Part shown: in pieces, positions 24,635-40,596 of the stretch
How the letters are laid out: every line of letters begins with the position of its first letter
Numbering within the stretch: position 1 is the stretch's first letter
Assembly: GCA_016748015.1 (NCBI GenBank)
Contig: JAAOMT010000468.1
Coordinates: 248,001 to 312,000 of the forward strand
Length of the DNA: 64,000 bases
Source of the DNA: Geosiphon pyriformis uo1
Lineage: Eukaryota; Fungi; Glomeromycota
Reading direction: 5' to 3'
Notes under the pieces: generated by a model
The model's database searches: none
What the model was told of the DNA's origin: nothing
The model's input: only the letters and a program-made list of their open reading frames with translations
Position numbers and translations under genes: made by a program

Positions 24635-26541
24635 CTAAATTTTTGGCAACGCAAATTCATACGCGTTCACAAAATACCATATAATTGGAGCTAAAGGAAT
24701 AATAAAATACCAAATCTGACCCAATTCGAAAACACTATTAAGACGAGCTGGCACAATTTTTGGTTTTCCGTAGATGGAAGTAAAGCGTCCATTAACATAG
24801 AATTCCGTCATTAACATATCTTTTTCGTTCCATCGTGCTCGTAGCCATTCGGTAAATTTGTTTTCATCACTTGGTAAATCACTAGTTCTGAATCGACGTA
24901 TGTGAACGTGAATATTCGGGGGATATCGTCCCTCGAAATAGATTCTACGTAATGTATAAATGTCCTCTGGGTATTCACCCGGTTTCACACCCTCCAATCC
25001 GATGGTCAAATCATACATCCATTCAACGGACTTTTGCAATTTCTCGGTACAAAAGTGAAGTCCCGTCGACCGAGGTAGCAATAAATGTTTTTGGTCAACC
25101 TAAAAGTTTAGATATGTAGACTTGATTTCAGATAATCTAAGATATTAAAAAATATAAAAGAAGTTCATTCAAGAGGTACCAAATTATTTTTATCTGCATA
25201 GATTTTTGATATTTTACGCGTGCATTCAGAAACCAAAGTTCCTTCGGGAAATATTAGCAGCCATAAAGGATCTTTTGAGTTGGCGAGATTACCCAATGTT
25301 CGGTCCATATTTTCCTGATCACTTGCCCAATTTCGTTTGAGAAAGATAAATTGAAAAAATTGCATTCCCTGTATGAAATAAAAGATGTAAGAAATGAGTT
25401 TTGAGATAGAATAGATGATGATATTGTAGAAATAATCCAGAATGATAATATAAAATATTAATGGGTGCTGCTGTTAGCGAGTTGAAATAACAGATTCTGG
25501 CTGATATTGTCGAAAGGTGAAGTAGCAGATGTAGAGGGTTGGAAGCGATATTGCCGATCTAAAGAGAATGTTGACCAATCGAAAATATCGGGCAACAAAA
25601 GCTCGTAACATTAAATCCTCTTGAAAATTGATATCAAAGAATTTTCCGTGCGACAAATAAATTTCACTTTTTCAATGGAACAATTTACTGCTTACCCTAA
25701 AAAATATGATAAAGATTTTTAATCGAGTTCTGTTTCAAAGAGAGGTAGATCAATTCTTACCATCCGAATAATGGCATCCATTTTAATGAATCCTTCAAGA
25801 TAATCTTGATTGCTCCATGTGCATTAGCTAAATACGCAAAACACCTTTAGACAGGGTAAAATATGATTGAATGATTAATTCAAATGAAAAAAAGATTCTC
25901 AAGCTCGATATTATATGTTTTCTCAACATACCAGATGTATAACCAATCCGCATAAATCTTTTTGGGACCAAGATGAAAAGTTGAGAATATTTTTCGTTGA
26001 AGCAGTTGAACAAAAGAGTCTATTTTCATACCTGATGATTAGCAATTAAAACGATCCGTTCGGGAATATTCAATTCAACTTTTGCGCCGTTCCATGTTTG
26101 TTTTATCACATCTTTAGCGGAATCGTCTGTAGTAATTACGAAATTACTGGGTGCAAAAAATTGATTGATAGCCATCAATAACACACCAAAAGATTTTTGG
26201 GTTTGAAGAATGTAATATTGGTAGTAAGCCTTGGAGAAAGGCCACAGAAGAAGACCGAGGAACTGGGAAAAATTTATCACAACTGACTGTCCAGCTAATT
26301 TTTATTGATAATTGGGTAGTTAAAAAATTAAGGACAAGTAATTTTATCAAGTTACAGAGGTGTGCAAAGTCAAGGTCAAGTTTGAATGACAGATGAAAAC
26401 TAGCAAACTCAGTTCTTTGTGGAGTTTACTTTTGACTCGAATAAAAAGCATACCATAAAATGCACAAAAGGCGGCCGTTCTCACCAGCCAATTCACTAGG
26501 TTAGGTGCCGTGTCGCGCGGTGACTCTCTCGTGATGGCCAT
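24635..26541 (-). CDS. PlsC-family lysophospholipid acyltransferase (LCLAT1/Cst26-like) with a 26-nt exon and a probable 1-nt exon
   Basis: NHQ-IYAD (HxxxxD split by an intron), LKDSLKW, FIFLKRNW, IFPEGT, LLPR and a C-terminal acyltransferase domain. Confidence 0.9.
25696..25696 (-). other. Putative single-nucleotide exon (G)
   Basis: TTTTTTAG|G|GTAAGC inside the intron supplies the one base needed to read GGA TG+G+GGA ATG (GWGM). Confidence 0.75.
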
Positions 26542-27454
26542 AATACAGGCAAAGATAAATAGTAATATTTACGATATATATTTATATATATATATATATA
26601 TACAAAGTTCAAAGACTTGAAAAATTCTAAATTAGGCAATGAGCTATAAACTGCAAAAAGACGAAAGGTCGAGTCGGGTTAACACTTTAAAGAAGAGTAA
26701 CAACCAAAAAACTGTGATACTACGTTTCTCTTATTTTGAAACGAACCAGATAGACCGGGATAGTTGCGTCGATAATAATAGGCAAAAAGTGATGTAGCAG
26801 CCAGAAGCAAAAGTGAGCCAAGTGCAGAAGTGACCACGACTATTACTACCACTGCTAGAAATTCATACCAAACTTTTACTTATGACCCATAATTTTATGG
26901 TACCGATTTTACAGGCTTAACCCCTTTTAAAGTTTAGATACATGGCGCTAATCAGTATTGTTTGTCGCTCTATTTTTTTTTATTGATAGACGAATTCCAG
27001 ATCACTCAACAAAGCTCAAATATTTCCTGAATATTGCTAAAAAGAGTATTAAACTGAGTGTCATGAGTTCGCTGATTAAGTCATACAAAGTCGGGAATAA
27101 ATTTAGCCTTGAAGAAATTTCCCAGATTTTCGGCATTGTGATTATTTTATTTTGAGGGATATTTGTTTGTAAAAAAAAAAGAAAAAAAAAAAAAGAAAAT
27201 CACTGAAGGGATACTTGTTTTTTTTCAAAGCATACAAATTTGGTATCTAAAATGGGGATTTTTTTTTTAATAATTATAAGGTAAAAGAGGGTATTTTAGC
27301 GAATTACATTACTTTTGTAAAGTTGCCAAAATAAAATTCGCGTTGGAGAATAAGACGCGTCAAAAGTATACCATTTTCTCATTTGAACAAATGGGATCTT
27401 TTAAAATTTATTAGCCGAGTCATAATATTAATCATTATAGATTGAAAATGATAT

Positions 27455-27473
27455 AATTATTATAATTATTATA

Positions 27474-27512
<39 letters not shown>
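27455..27512. repeat. (ATT)n microsatellite
   Basis: Seen directly. Confidence 0.85.
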
Positions 27513-28251
27513 TCTCATGAAAATTAAGATTAATGTTAATTTGTACAAAATATAAATTAAAAACCATTTTTTTAAATATTGAAATATTTTTTGCACAAAT
27601 CTATTATTTTTAAGTTATTAATTAATCAATTACATTAATTAATTGTTTAATAATAATAATAATAATTATAATTATAATGAAATATCATGTTAAACCAATA
27701 TTTTTAACAGTCTTACTATTCTTGATTACTGAATGAGATGTTATATGTTAATTAAGTAATTCATTAAGTTAAACAATTACAAGTATTGTATTTATTATTA
27801 TTTTGATTAGATTATAAATTAGTATTTATGAAAAAAATGAAATCCAAAAAAAAAAAAAAAAAATTTTTGCACCAATTATTTTTTGTTCTTGTGGCGGTTT
27901 TTTTCTCAACTTGATAAGGTAAAAGAGTTGGACGTTACTCGAATAGAATTTAAATTATTGTAAAAAAAATATATATATTTTTTATACCTTAACCTCGTTT
28001 CCATAACCAAAAAAAAACCCTTTGTTGAAACTTTTTCAAAATTAATTACTGATTCGAGCGTGAAAGAGATTTAAAGACAATAATTAATTTGAATTTTATT
28101 TCTTTATTTCTTTATTTTTTTGTTTCTTTAGAATTGAAACAATTAACTTATAGAAAAAAATTTCGATGATCAAAAAGCTTGAAAATAAATCCATATAAAA
28201 AGATCTTAATAAATTTTAGACTTGTTCCCAAACCCATTTCCAAATTCAACT

Positions 28252-28285
<34 letters not shown>

Positions 28286-28304
28286 ACTCTCATGAAGGTT
28301 ATCA

Positions 28305-28340
28305 AATATCAATATCAATATCAATATCAATATCAATATC
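28305..28340. repeat. (AATATC)n hexanucleotide repeat
   Basis: Six tandem units seen directly. Confidence 0.85.
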
Positions 28341-28790
28341 ATAACTATCTTTTATATTGATCAATATTTAATCTATTATTTATTTCACTTACGATGGACC
28401 ACCCTATTCCAAAATAAAATTGTAACCCATCCAAATTATCTTTTGTTTAACAAGTTTTTTCTCCTAAATTCAATGTTAAAGTTTAAATTGATTTACACAG
28501 ACCAGACCAGACCAAACCAAATCAAACCAGATAAAACCATTCACTTATCAATCCAGATAGATTTCTTTCAGTGTAATCTGATATACTTTATTTAACAAAA
28601 GATTTTTATTTCAAAGGAAATTTACTCAAAGATAAAAGATTGCAAGACCCAGCTAAAATACCTGAAATATATTATACTGGTTATCAACAGATGATCATTC
28701 CTAATTATCAAAAATTTTATCATTATCGTGCGTACATGTTCAACGATCGTGTTCCTGCACAATCATCCAACTTACCAACTCGGCGAGAAA

Positions 28791-30227
28791 ATGTTACAAG
28801 AAAATGAACATTCTACATCAGCTTTCCCCTCTATTTCTTCAGATATTCAGGAAACTCCCATTCGTATAACCTGGAACGTTTTCGGTGACTTAACTGAGAC
28901 CCTTTTCTGGCCAGCGACAAATATAACCGAGGAGAAGATAGTTCTTTTTATGATCCCTGGTAATCCGGGAGCAATAGATTATTATATACCTTTTTTATCA
29001 ACTATTTATAAAGAGTATCAAAAGAGAATTGAAATCATTGGAGGTTTGCTTTGTTAATTTTGATTAATTTCCCACCTTTATGAAGATTCAAATTTGATAA
29101 TCATGTTTTCTAAATAATTAAATATCATCAAATCGATTTCTTTTGGTTTCTCCTCTAGTATCACACCTTGGTCATACCCATGGACCACATAATAACTCTT
29201 TAAAAAGATTATGGTCACTTCAGGATCAAATCGAACACAAGATCAAATGTTTTGACTTGATACGTGAAAAATTTCTGGTCCAAGATGGTGCTGATGGTGG
29301 TGGTGGTGGTGGTGATGGTGGCCTACCAAAATTTATCTTATGCGGTCATTCGATGGGAGCCTATATTTGTTCTCGGGTTGATTTTCACATATTTATTTCT
29401 CCCGTTATAATTCAATGTTTGCAGTTTTTCTAGAAAGATTAGAGTTAAAACTTTCTAATCTTATTAGTTGTTGAAGGCACGTCCGAATCATGGTATAGAT
29501 CGCACGTATTTTTTGTTTCCTACATTGCAACATATCGCGAAAACTCCTAATGGTACCATGCTAACGGTATTCAATTTTTATTTTACACTTTTCACCTCTC
29601 AATCATCCTCTCCAAAACTATCTTGTTTATCATTGAATTATTTATCCCGCCAACTAACCTATAATTCTGGTGATCTTTTTTAACCTACCCCGTCTCTTAG
29701 TGGCTATTCTACGAACGTCCACGAAACTTATTAAGCACTCTCATCCACTCCCTTCGTACACTCCTAGGTCCAACCGGATTCAAAACCTTAATTCGCTTCG
29801 TGACATATCAACAAGAACCTCATCTATCAATAACAGCTGACAGATTATTACATTGGCACGTTGTGCAGAATACCCTTTACATGTCTGATACAGAAATGAA
29901 AGACATTCACGAATTGGACGAGGACTTTTTTCGACAACATATTCAAACATGTGTATTTTATTTTGGGAAAACTGATAATTGGGCCCCAATTGAGCACTAT
30001 CGTGATATGGTGGCACGATTTCCAGATGGAAAAATTCATCTTTGTGAAATTGGAATGGCGCATGCTTTTGTACTAGGTAAAGATCAACGAGGGTAGAAGT
30101 TTGTAAATTAAAAGAATATGAAGAAATTCTATTCTTTACCTCTCTTATTTTTAATTTTTTTTAATTTACAGAGCACAGCGAAATTATGGGCAGAAAAATG
30201 TTTCAATGGATCAAAGAGTCTTTGTGA
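28791..30227 (+). CDS. Lipid droplet-associated alpha/beta hydrolase (LDAH/DUF2305-like), 5 exons
   Basis: FMIPGNPG..YY.PFL, SHLGH, SLQDQIEHK, GHSMG nucleophile elbow, LFPT, TPNG, DNWAP, HAFVL. Confidence 0.88.
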
Positions 30228-30632
30228 TAGTTTTATTCGACAGAAAACGGAAATCAGTTAAATCCAACTACCGATTTATGGAGAGTATTGAGAGATAAAA
30301 TATAAATTATCGCGTTATTTATGAAATTTTCTGCGCCTTCTCAATTTATTATGACGAATTTCAACTTCATCGTTAACTCCCATTCCATATGTGAGTCCTT
30401 GAAAAATTTTTTCGGAAGAACAGGTTTTCTTCAAATTTTAATTTTCTACAAATAAATAAATTGGCAAACAAACAAACAAACAAACAAATAAATAAATAAA
30501 TTCTTAGAAGTGATTCTAAAAGTAGCATAATTAAAAGTCCTCGTGAATTTCAAACCAATTTCAAATGAATATTTGGGAGTTTGCAATTATGAACTTTTCA
30601 AAATAACCTTTGAAATCACAAGTTAGGATTTG

Positions 30633-30665
<33 letters not shown>

Positions 30666-33600
30666 TGTTTAAATGTTGATTTTTAAAGGATTCTTTATTT
30701 GTTTTTTATGTTAAGAATTTTCTCATTTTTTAAAATTTTTTAATAATAACAAAAACAATAAATTAAAACCAGCTTTTTTGTTAAATATTAACATTAAAAA
30801 ATTTGCTCTTTTTAACAATATTTAAAGATTATTTTATTAATTACACAATTAAAAATTATATATCATATTAATTTTATATTTGTTTCTTTTTATGTAAAAA
30901 ATATTTTTTTTTGATTTTTATTTAATTTTTATTTAATTTTTAATAATTATTATATAATAACAATTTGTATTATTATAAAAATATTTTATAATTTTTTATT
31001 ATTTAAAATTTGTTTGTTTTTAACAAAAATATATGTTAAAAAAACTTTTTACTTTTAAAAATTTGTTCTGTTTTAATATTTTTTATTTTGGTTTTATAAA
31101 TTAAAATACAAAAATAAATAATATTAAATCAAAAAAATCTTTTTATATTTTTATAATTATAATTAAAGCAAAAAATAAAAAAATTACAACTTTTTTATTT
31201 TTTAAAATATTTATAATTATTAAAACTACTTCATAAAAACATTTTTCTTAAATAAAGTAATAATAAATCAGTCTTTTATTAATTTCAAAATACTATTTTT
31301 CTCTTTAATTAAAAGTTTTTTTCTTTTATTATTGTTTAAATAACGAAAAATACTAAAAGATTTTTTTGGTATTTTTAATGTTGGTTTTAATGTTTTAAAG
31401 CCAGTTTTGTTTTTTCTATTTTTTTTTGGTTTTTTTATTAACCTTGTATTATTAATATTAATTATATTGTTTAGTTTTATTATGGCTATAAATAAATAAA
31501 AATTTTTTATTCTAAACAATAATAATAATAAAAAAACATATTAACCAATTTTGATTTAAATTAATCTTTAATTTTATTGTTTAATATATTAGTTTTCAAT
31601 TAATTATTACTAATTTTAAAAGCAAAACAATTTATATTTCTGTATATAATTCTGTTTAATTAATTTATTGAATTACTTAATTTTAAAAATTAAACCAACC
31701 AAATAAAAATTAAAAAATTTTCATTTTTTTTGTTTTTTAATAGTACTATTTTTAATAATACTTGAAAAATAATTATTTATTGTTAAAAATTTTTTAAATA
31801 AATAATATTTATTTTAATGTTGAATATCTTTTTTTAAAATTAAATTGGTTTATATTAAGATTGTTTTTTAATTTGTATATAATTTTATTAATATAAAATC
31901 TGTTTTTAAAAATAATATTAAGCTGTTTTATATAAAATTTGTATTTTAAATTTTTTAAATATTGTTATTACAATTTAGTTTATTGATTTTCTATTTTTTA
32001 TTACTTTAAAAATTGTCAAATTTTCGGTAATATCTGTTGTTATTTCTAATTTTGCTATTGTTGCTTTATATAATATTTTTTCTAAAACTATTATAAATAA
32101 AATTAAAAATACTTTAAAATTAATTTAAAATTTGTTAGTTAATATAATATATTATTGTATATTTTAAAAAATTTGTGCTAACTATAATTGTTTTTGTTGA
32201 TTAATTAGGTTTAATAATAAAGAACAATATTAAATTTTTTATAATATGTTAAAAACTAAATTAATTGATTTTTTTTGGTTATACTGTTTTTAAAATTATT
32301 AATTTGGTTTAAGATTTTAATATTTAATTTAATTCAGTTTAAATTTAATTAAATTATTAAATCAAACTAAATTTAAACAAAAATTTTCACTAAATTTCAA
32401 ACCTAAATTTAAATTAAACTTAAAATTATTAAACTTAAACCAAATTTAAATCAAAATAATAAGTTTAGTTCAAGTTTAGTTTAAAATTTATAAATATATT
32501 TAAATTCAATTATTAAAAACTTTAAACCTCTAATTCTTAATAATAATATTTTAATTGTAATTATGTAAAAAATAATTGTTTTAAGTAAATTTGCTTTTAT
32601 AATTTCAATATAAAATAATTACAAAAAATTAAATTTATAACTTAAAATTAAACTAATTAAAAGTTTAAAATTTATAGTAATATTTATATTTTGAACTTTT
32701 TATTATATATAGTTTTTTTAAAGTACTAAATTTAATAATTATAATATTAAAAATAATTTAAAATTTAAAAATAATAAAAGTTGAAATTAAAAATAAAATA
32801 AATTTAATTTTAAATTTAATTAATTATATTTTTTATTTTATAAACTATATAACCAAAATTTTTTTTTATTAATTGAATTTTAAAGTGTTTTTTAAAATAA
32901 TAATTTTTATATAATAATTAATTCATAATTCAAAGCCAAATTAATAAAAGCCAAATTTTTAAAATAAACAAAAATATATTATTATAAACTAAAAAGTTTT
33001 AATATTAATAAAAAATATATTATAAAAATTATGTTAAAATACAAAAATAACAAAAAACAATTTTAATTACAATAAAAAAAATTTAACACAAAAATTTTAA
33101 TATTGTTTTTAAAAACAAATTTAAAATTAAAAAAGTAAAACAGTAATTAAAAAACAATTTTTATATAATTTAATTTAATATTTAAAAAACATTAAACATT
33201 AAAATAAATTATTTTCAATAATTAATAATAATTTTAAAAAATACTGTTGTTTATAACTAGATCAAAAATAATTTTTTTGTAAAAATTAATAAAACATTTA
33301 AAAATAAGCATAAAAATCAAAGTTTTATTTTTTAAAAAAAAACTTTTAAAATTTGTTATTTTATTTTTTTAAATATTTAAAAAATAAAAACAAAAATTAT
33401 TATTATTACAAGTTTTCAAGATTTTTGGTAATAATAAAAACAAAACAAATTATTTTTTAAAAAACTTTAATTAAACAAAATTTTTTAATTAAAAATTTTT
33501 TTTTTGCTTTTGTTGTAATCATAAAATTTTACAATAAATCGAAATTTATGTATTAAATAGCATAATTTAAAATTTATTTATTTTAAAGTTGAAAAACATT

Positions 33601-33911
33601 TACAATATTAAGAAATTCATAATAATCAAAATATTGAAACACAATAATATTTTTGTAAATTTTTAATTATTTTTAATAATGGCAAATATTTTAAAACAAA
33701 GATTTAAAATAAAAAACAAAGTATTAAAATCTAGTTTTTTTATCACAGATTTATCGATTTGTTCAACTTCAATAGGATTCGATTGATTTATTGTATTTTC
33801 TGCCTTTGTCGTAGGCGTTTGCTTTAAACAGAGGCAACCTTGAAGGATAACCAACAAGCTCGAAAAATAGCAAATAATGCCATGATCTTAATGAGAAAGT
33901 TAAATCAAAAT

Positions 33912-36626
<2,715 letters not shown>

Positions 36627-37104
36627 TATTACTCTAACTTTCAAATTGCAAAGTGAGACCTTTGAAAAATAATAGTATTTTGTCTTTCCTTTTGCTGAAG
36701 GGCATAGATAATCAATGAGGTCAGACTTCTTTAAACTAACCAAATTGGCAATGGTTTTTTATCATCAGTCTAAATTTAATGATCCTAAATGAATTTGAAT
36801 TAGGGCTCCAATTATGATAGGGCCAAAATTTAAGTTATGGCAGAATCCTCAGATTCAAGTGATGTAATAAAATTTTATTCAGATTTGAAAATTGAAGCTC
36901 TCCAGCGGATGCTAATGGTCCAATAGTTATGAACAAGAAAGACATTTACATTCTTGCAAAAGATCAGGTAAATCGACAAGATCAAGCGATCATGGAGCAA
37001 TAAACAGGACTCACCTGCTAAAATCATACCTGAATTTTCTACATGACTTTTTCTCTGTAACTCCTCTTTTCCTCAAAGAACTCGAATAAAATTTATACTT
37101 CTCC

Positions 37105-37619
37105 TCAAGTTTGATGAAACATTAGTTGCGCTTTCTAGAAAATGAAATTATTTAGAAAACTTTAACGAGCTAATTTTCAAATTTTAAGTCGCTTAATTGT
37201 GATAAATTACCAATTGAATTATATTGTTACGTTGGTCAGGTGGTAACGAATCTATTTGCTGTGGTGTCAGCTGAAACACTTGAATGAGTAAAGCCTATAA
37301 TAAAATATCGATTAGTTACAAATATAAAATCGAGGATCCCGAAAATGAAAATTAATGGATCACTGACCTTTTGTTGCTCTTGTAATTGTATATCATCTAT
37401 ATTGAAAATTTTTGTGAGCGATGAGAAAATTTAACCAAAAATTATTTTAATTTGGACTCACTCATGGAAGGATTTACTCCTGTAGCTATCGCAGCCGGTA
37501 GAGTAGGAATAGAATTAGGGGGAGCAAGTCCAACGGTTCCCATCATAGGCATCATTCCTGCTGACAGATTAGGTATTCCTAATACTTGATTTTGCATTTG
37601 AGATTGTATTGGTTGTTGT

Positions 37620-37654
<35 letters not shown>

Positions 37655-39030
37655 CTGCTGCTGTTGCTGCTGTATAGGCGGTTGCATCGGTTGTTGTAAT
37701 GGTGGCTGCATCGGTTGTTGTAATGGTGGCTGCATCGATTGTGGTAGGGGCTGTTGAATTTGTTGCTGTAAAGGTTGTTGCATCTGTGGTTGCATCATTT
37801 GAGGTTGTTGTTGTGGCATATTAGGATATAGGCTGGGTGGTTGTTGCACATTGACCGGATTAGGGATACCAGGCGTAGGATAGCCAGCATTAGGTGGAGG
37901 AGTTGAATTTTGGGGGGGAGGTGGTGGTTGTTGCTGTTGCAAAGGTTGTTGAGGAGTTTGGTTTGGTTGAAGAACGCGCTAGCAGAAGCAAAAATCAGAA
38001 TAAGGAGAAATATAAATTCAAAAGTAGATGCAACAAAATAAAAATTTACTTGAAGAACACTTGGTTCAATTAAGTTAACCGAAAGCATTGCTTGGAAGAG
38101 AGCATATGAAAGCTGAGGATTCTGAGTTAGAAGTGCACGAGCCTGTTCTATATTACTTTGAACAAGTAACTTTTATTAAGATTTTAGCTTTTTTAATAAA
38201 GTTTGGATATATTTTCTTGGTAAATCTCAAATTAATTAAAAATATAAAGTCAAAAATTCAAACATACCCTAAACTGTGATAAAACTTCGAAAAGCTGATT
38301 TGCGTTCATTGCGGCAAGCGTCTTGGATATAGAGTCTATTGCAGGTGGTTGTGCCGGGGGGACCGGGGTAAAGGAAGTTTGAGGGGCCTGAGGTGTTGAA
38401 GGTGCTTGCTGTTGAGGTTGCTGTGGATGAATTGATTGCACTGTCTGCGGTGGAGGTGGAGCAGGCATTCTTGTTTCAAGTAATGATCTGTCGTGGGGTA
38501 CTAGAGATGATATTGTAGATGGATCACCATCTGCGTAGTCAACCCTCAAAGGCCGACCTCCAACATCCACGTTGTTAAGGTTTCTCACTGCACTAGCCGC
38601 GGTCTCAGCGTCTTTTATTGATTATCGGTTAAAATATATCTCAAAATGAAATTAACTTCATATGGAATGGGTTGAAAAACGAACCATGATATTCGCAAAA
38701 ACCATAGCCTCGCGGCCTTGAACTTTCCCTGTCGAACACTAAACTGAATAGAAACAAAAAAGAAAATTCAGTAAGTTCCTTTAGATTAAAAATACTTCTT
38801 AGTTGAAAACCTTAATTCATTTTTATATGACAAACCGAAAGGAAACTACAGGGCCCACCTCCTGGAAAACTTCGGTTAACTGTTCCTCGGTTAACTCGTA
38901 GGGAATATTTCCAACTGAAAAAACAAGGTTAATTTTAGGATTTGAATTCTCTTACAAAGTCCCTTTCTAAAAACTCACCGAATACAACATGTGAGCCTCG
39001 AGGCCCGTTAGGATTTAAGCTCTTTCTCAT
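37105..39030 (-). CDS. CSTF2: Cleavage stimulation factor 64 kDa subunit (Rna15 ortholog)
   Basis: N-terminal RRM ([23 protein letters not shown]), hinge ([19 protein letters not shown]), P/Q-rich linker, C-terminal [15 protein letters not shown]. Confidence 0.92.
37612..37735 (-). repeat. Coding CAG/CAA polyglutamine tract plus 24-bp MQPPLQQP repeats
   Basis: About 21 consecutive Q in the ORF track. GCATCGGTTGTTGTAATGGTGGCT is repeated in tandem. Confidence 0.9.
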
Positions 39031-39390
39031 CGTTTAATGAAAAAAGAAATAACCAGAAAAGTGAAAAATGGTTAATCATGAGACGCTAACTTGAAAAAGT
39101 TTCCTTGACAAGTTCAAGAGCTCCTAGAACTTGGAAACGGTAATGAATTACCTCGTATTGATTATAGAAACTCATATCGTGACTAATAATCTATACTGAA
39201 ACAAACTCGGACCTTATTTAAAGAAAAAATATCCACTACCCAATCTTTTTATCCTAGACTGTTTCTAACAGTATACCAAAGCCATTTAATCTACCTGTAT
39301 TCGACTGTATAATTTTAGGTGTTTGAAAAGTCAAGCTACTGTTGTGAACGATTGACCATTTTGTTTGGGATTTTAACTTTTGTTTTCCTA

Positions 39391-40348
39391 ATGTCTTCTA
39401 ACCCTCCCAGTTCTAACTATGCACAAACAAAGTATGATGCGGCTGGCTATAGTACAACTGGAACAGGGCGCGAACCTTCATCTTCCTCGGGATACTATAA
39501 CATAGACTACCCTTTTCCTGCACCAAACCCTGCTAATACTACGACTTATTATGCTGCTCCCAACATAACCACATCAAACACTGGTTATGAAAGCTACGAC
39601 TACGCCCCTTACACAACTAGTTATTATTATCAATATCCGACAACAACAGGAACTTCAACAACCTCAACTCCGACTGTTTTGGAGGCACCACCTACACTAA
39701 CTACTTCTATACATTCATCTCTTACTCACTTGAAAACTGTCAATCCACCTATTTCGGTGCCAAACCACTCGAATAAAGATCTGACACACACATTGAATTA
39801 TAATGATTTGGGGAAGCAAACTGGAGCTGCTCAGAAAAAAAAGCAAAAAACCATTGTCCGAGCCGCGGGAGGTGAAGTTTGGGAAGATCCAACTTTATTA
39901 GAATGGGATACAAGTAAGATACAATGATTTATGGATGAATAAATATTTTAGTATAAATTATTAATGCATATATCACCTCCCAGACGATTTTCGTTTATTT
40001 TGTGGCGATCTCGGAAATGAGGTTACAGATGATGTCTTATACAAAGCTTTCGGTAAATACCCTTCACTACAAAAAGCTAAAGTAGTACGCGACAAGCGCA
40101 CTGGAAAATCTAAAGGATATGGATTTGTTAGCTTTAAAGATGCTGATGAATTTGTCAAGGCTTGGAAGGAAATGAATGGTGAGAAGAGATTTATTTCGGT
40201 CTGTATAAATAAATAATATCAATAATATGAGTACGGCTTTTTATTTATAGGAAAGTATGTTGGAAATCGACCAATAAAGTTGCGCAAAAGTACATGGAAG
40301 GATCGCAATATCGAAGTTAAAAACAAGAAGCACCATCCCTATAAATAA
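39391..40348 (+). CDS. RBM42: RNA-binding protein 42-like (RRM), 3 coding exons
   Basis: IVRAAGGEVWEDPTLLEWD..DFRLFCGDLGNEVTDD..KAKVVRDKRTGKSKGYGFVSF..GKYVGNRPIKLRKS. Confidence 0.9.
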
Positions 40349-40596
40349 ACCCTCGCCTTTTAATGTCTTTTGTGAGGCACGAATTTTCCATTTATGGGTA
40401 ATTATTGGTAATTATTACTGCTTAGCTTCTCATATTATAGCAAAATCTCTTTTATTGCTTTTGATCTAGAATGACTTTTATTAAAATCTAGCAAATCCAT
40501 AAAGATTTTTAGCTGATCTAACACGAATAAAAATTTGAACAAAAAGGACAAAAATACAAAATAAAACCATCCTTGTTTGGGCCTGAGCTTCAAAAT

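Noticed and set aside
26391-26399. Possible 9-nt micro-exon (TTTTCATCT) in acyltransferase intron 1
   Set aside because: The frame is intact without it and the donor (GTCATT) is weak, so it is not supportable.
29547-29700. LDAH intron with a TTTTTTAAC branch-like motif as a U12 intron
   Set aside because: The donor is GTATTCAA, not RTATCCTY.
31268-31519. K/N/I-rich ORF (also 28148-28342, 33663-33857, 56359-56574)
   Set aside because: Composition is explained by AT-rich DNA; no family could be recognised.
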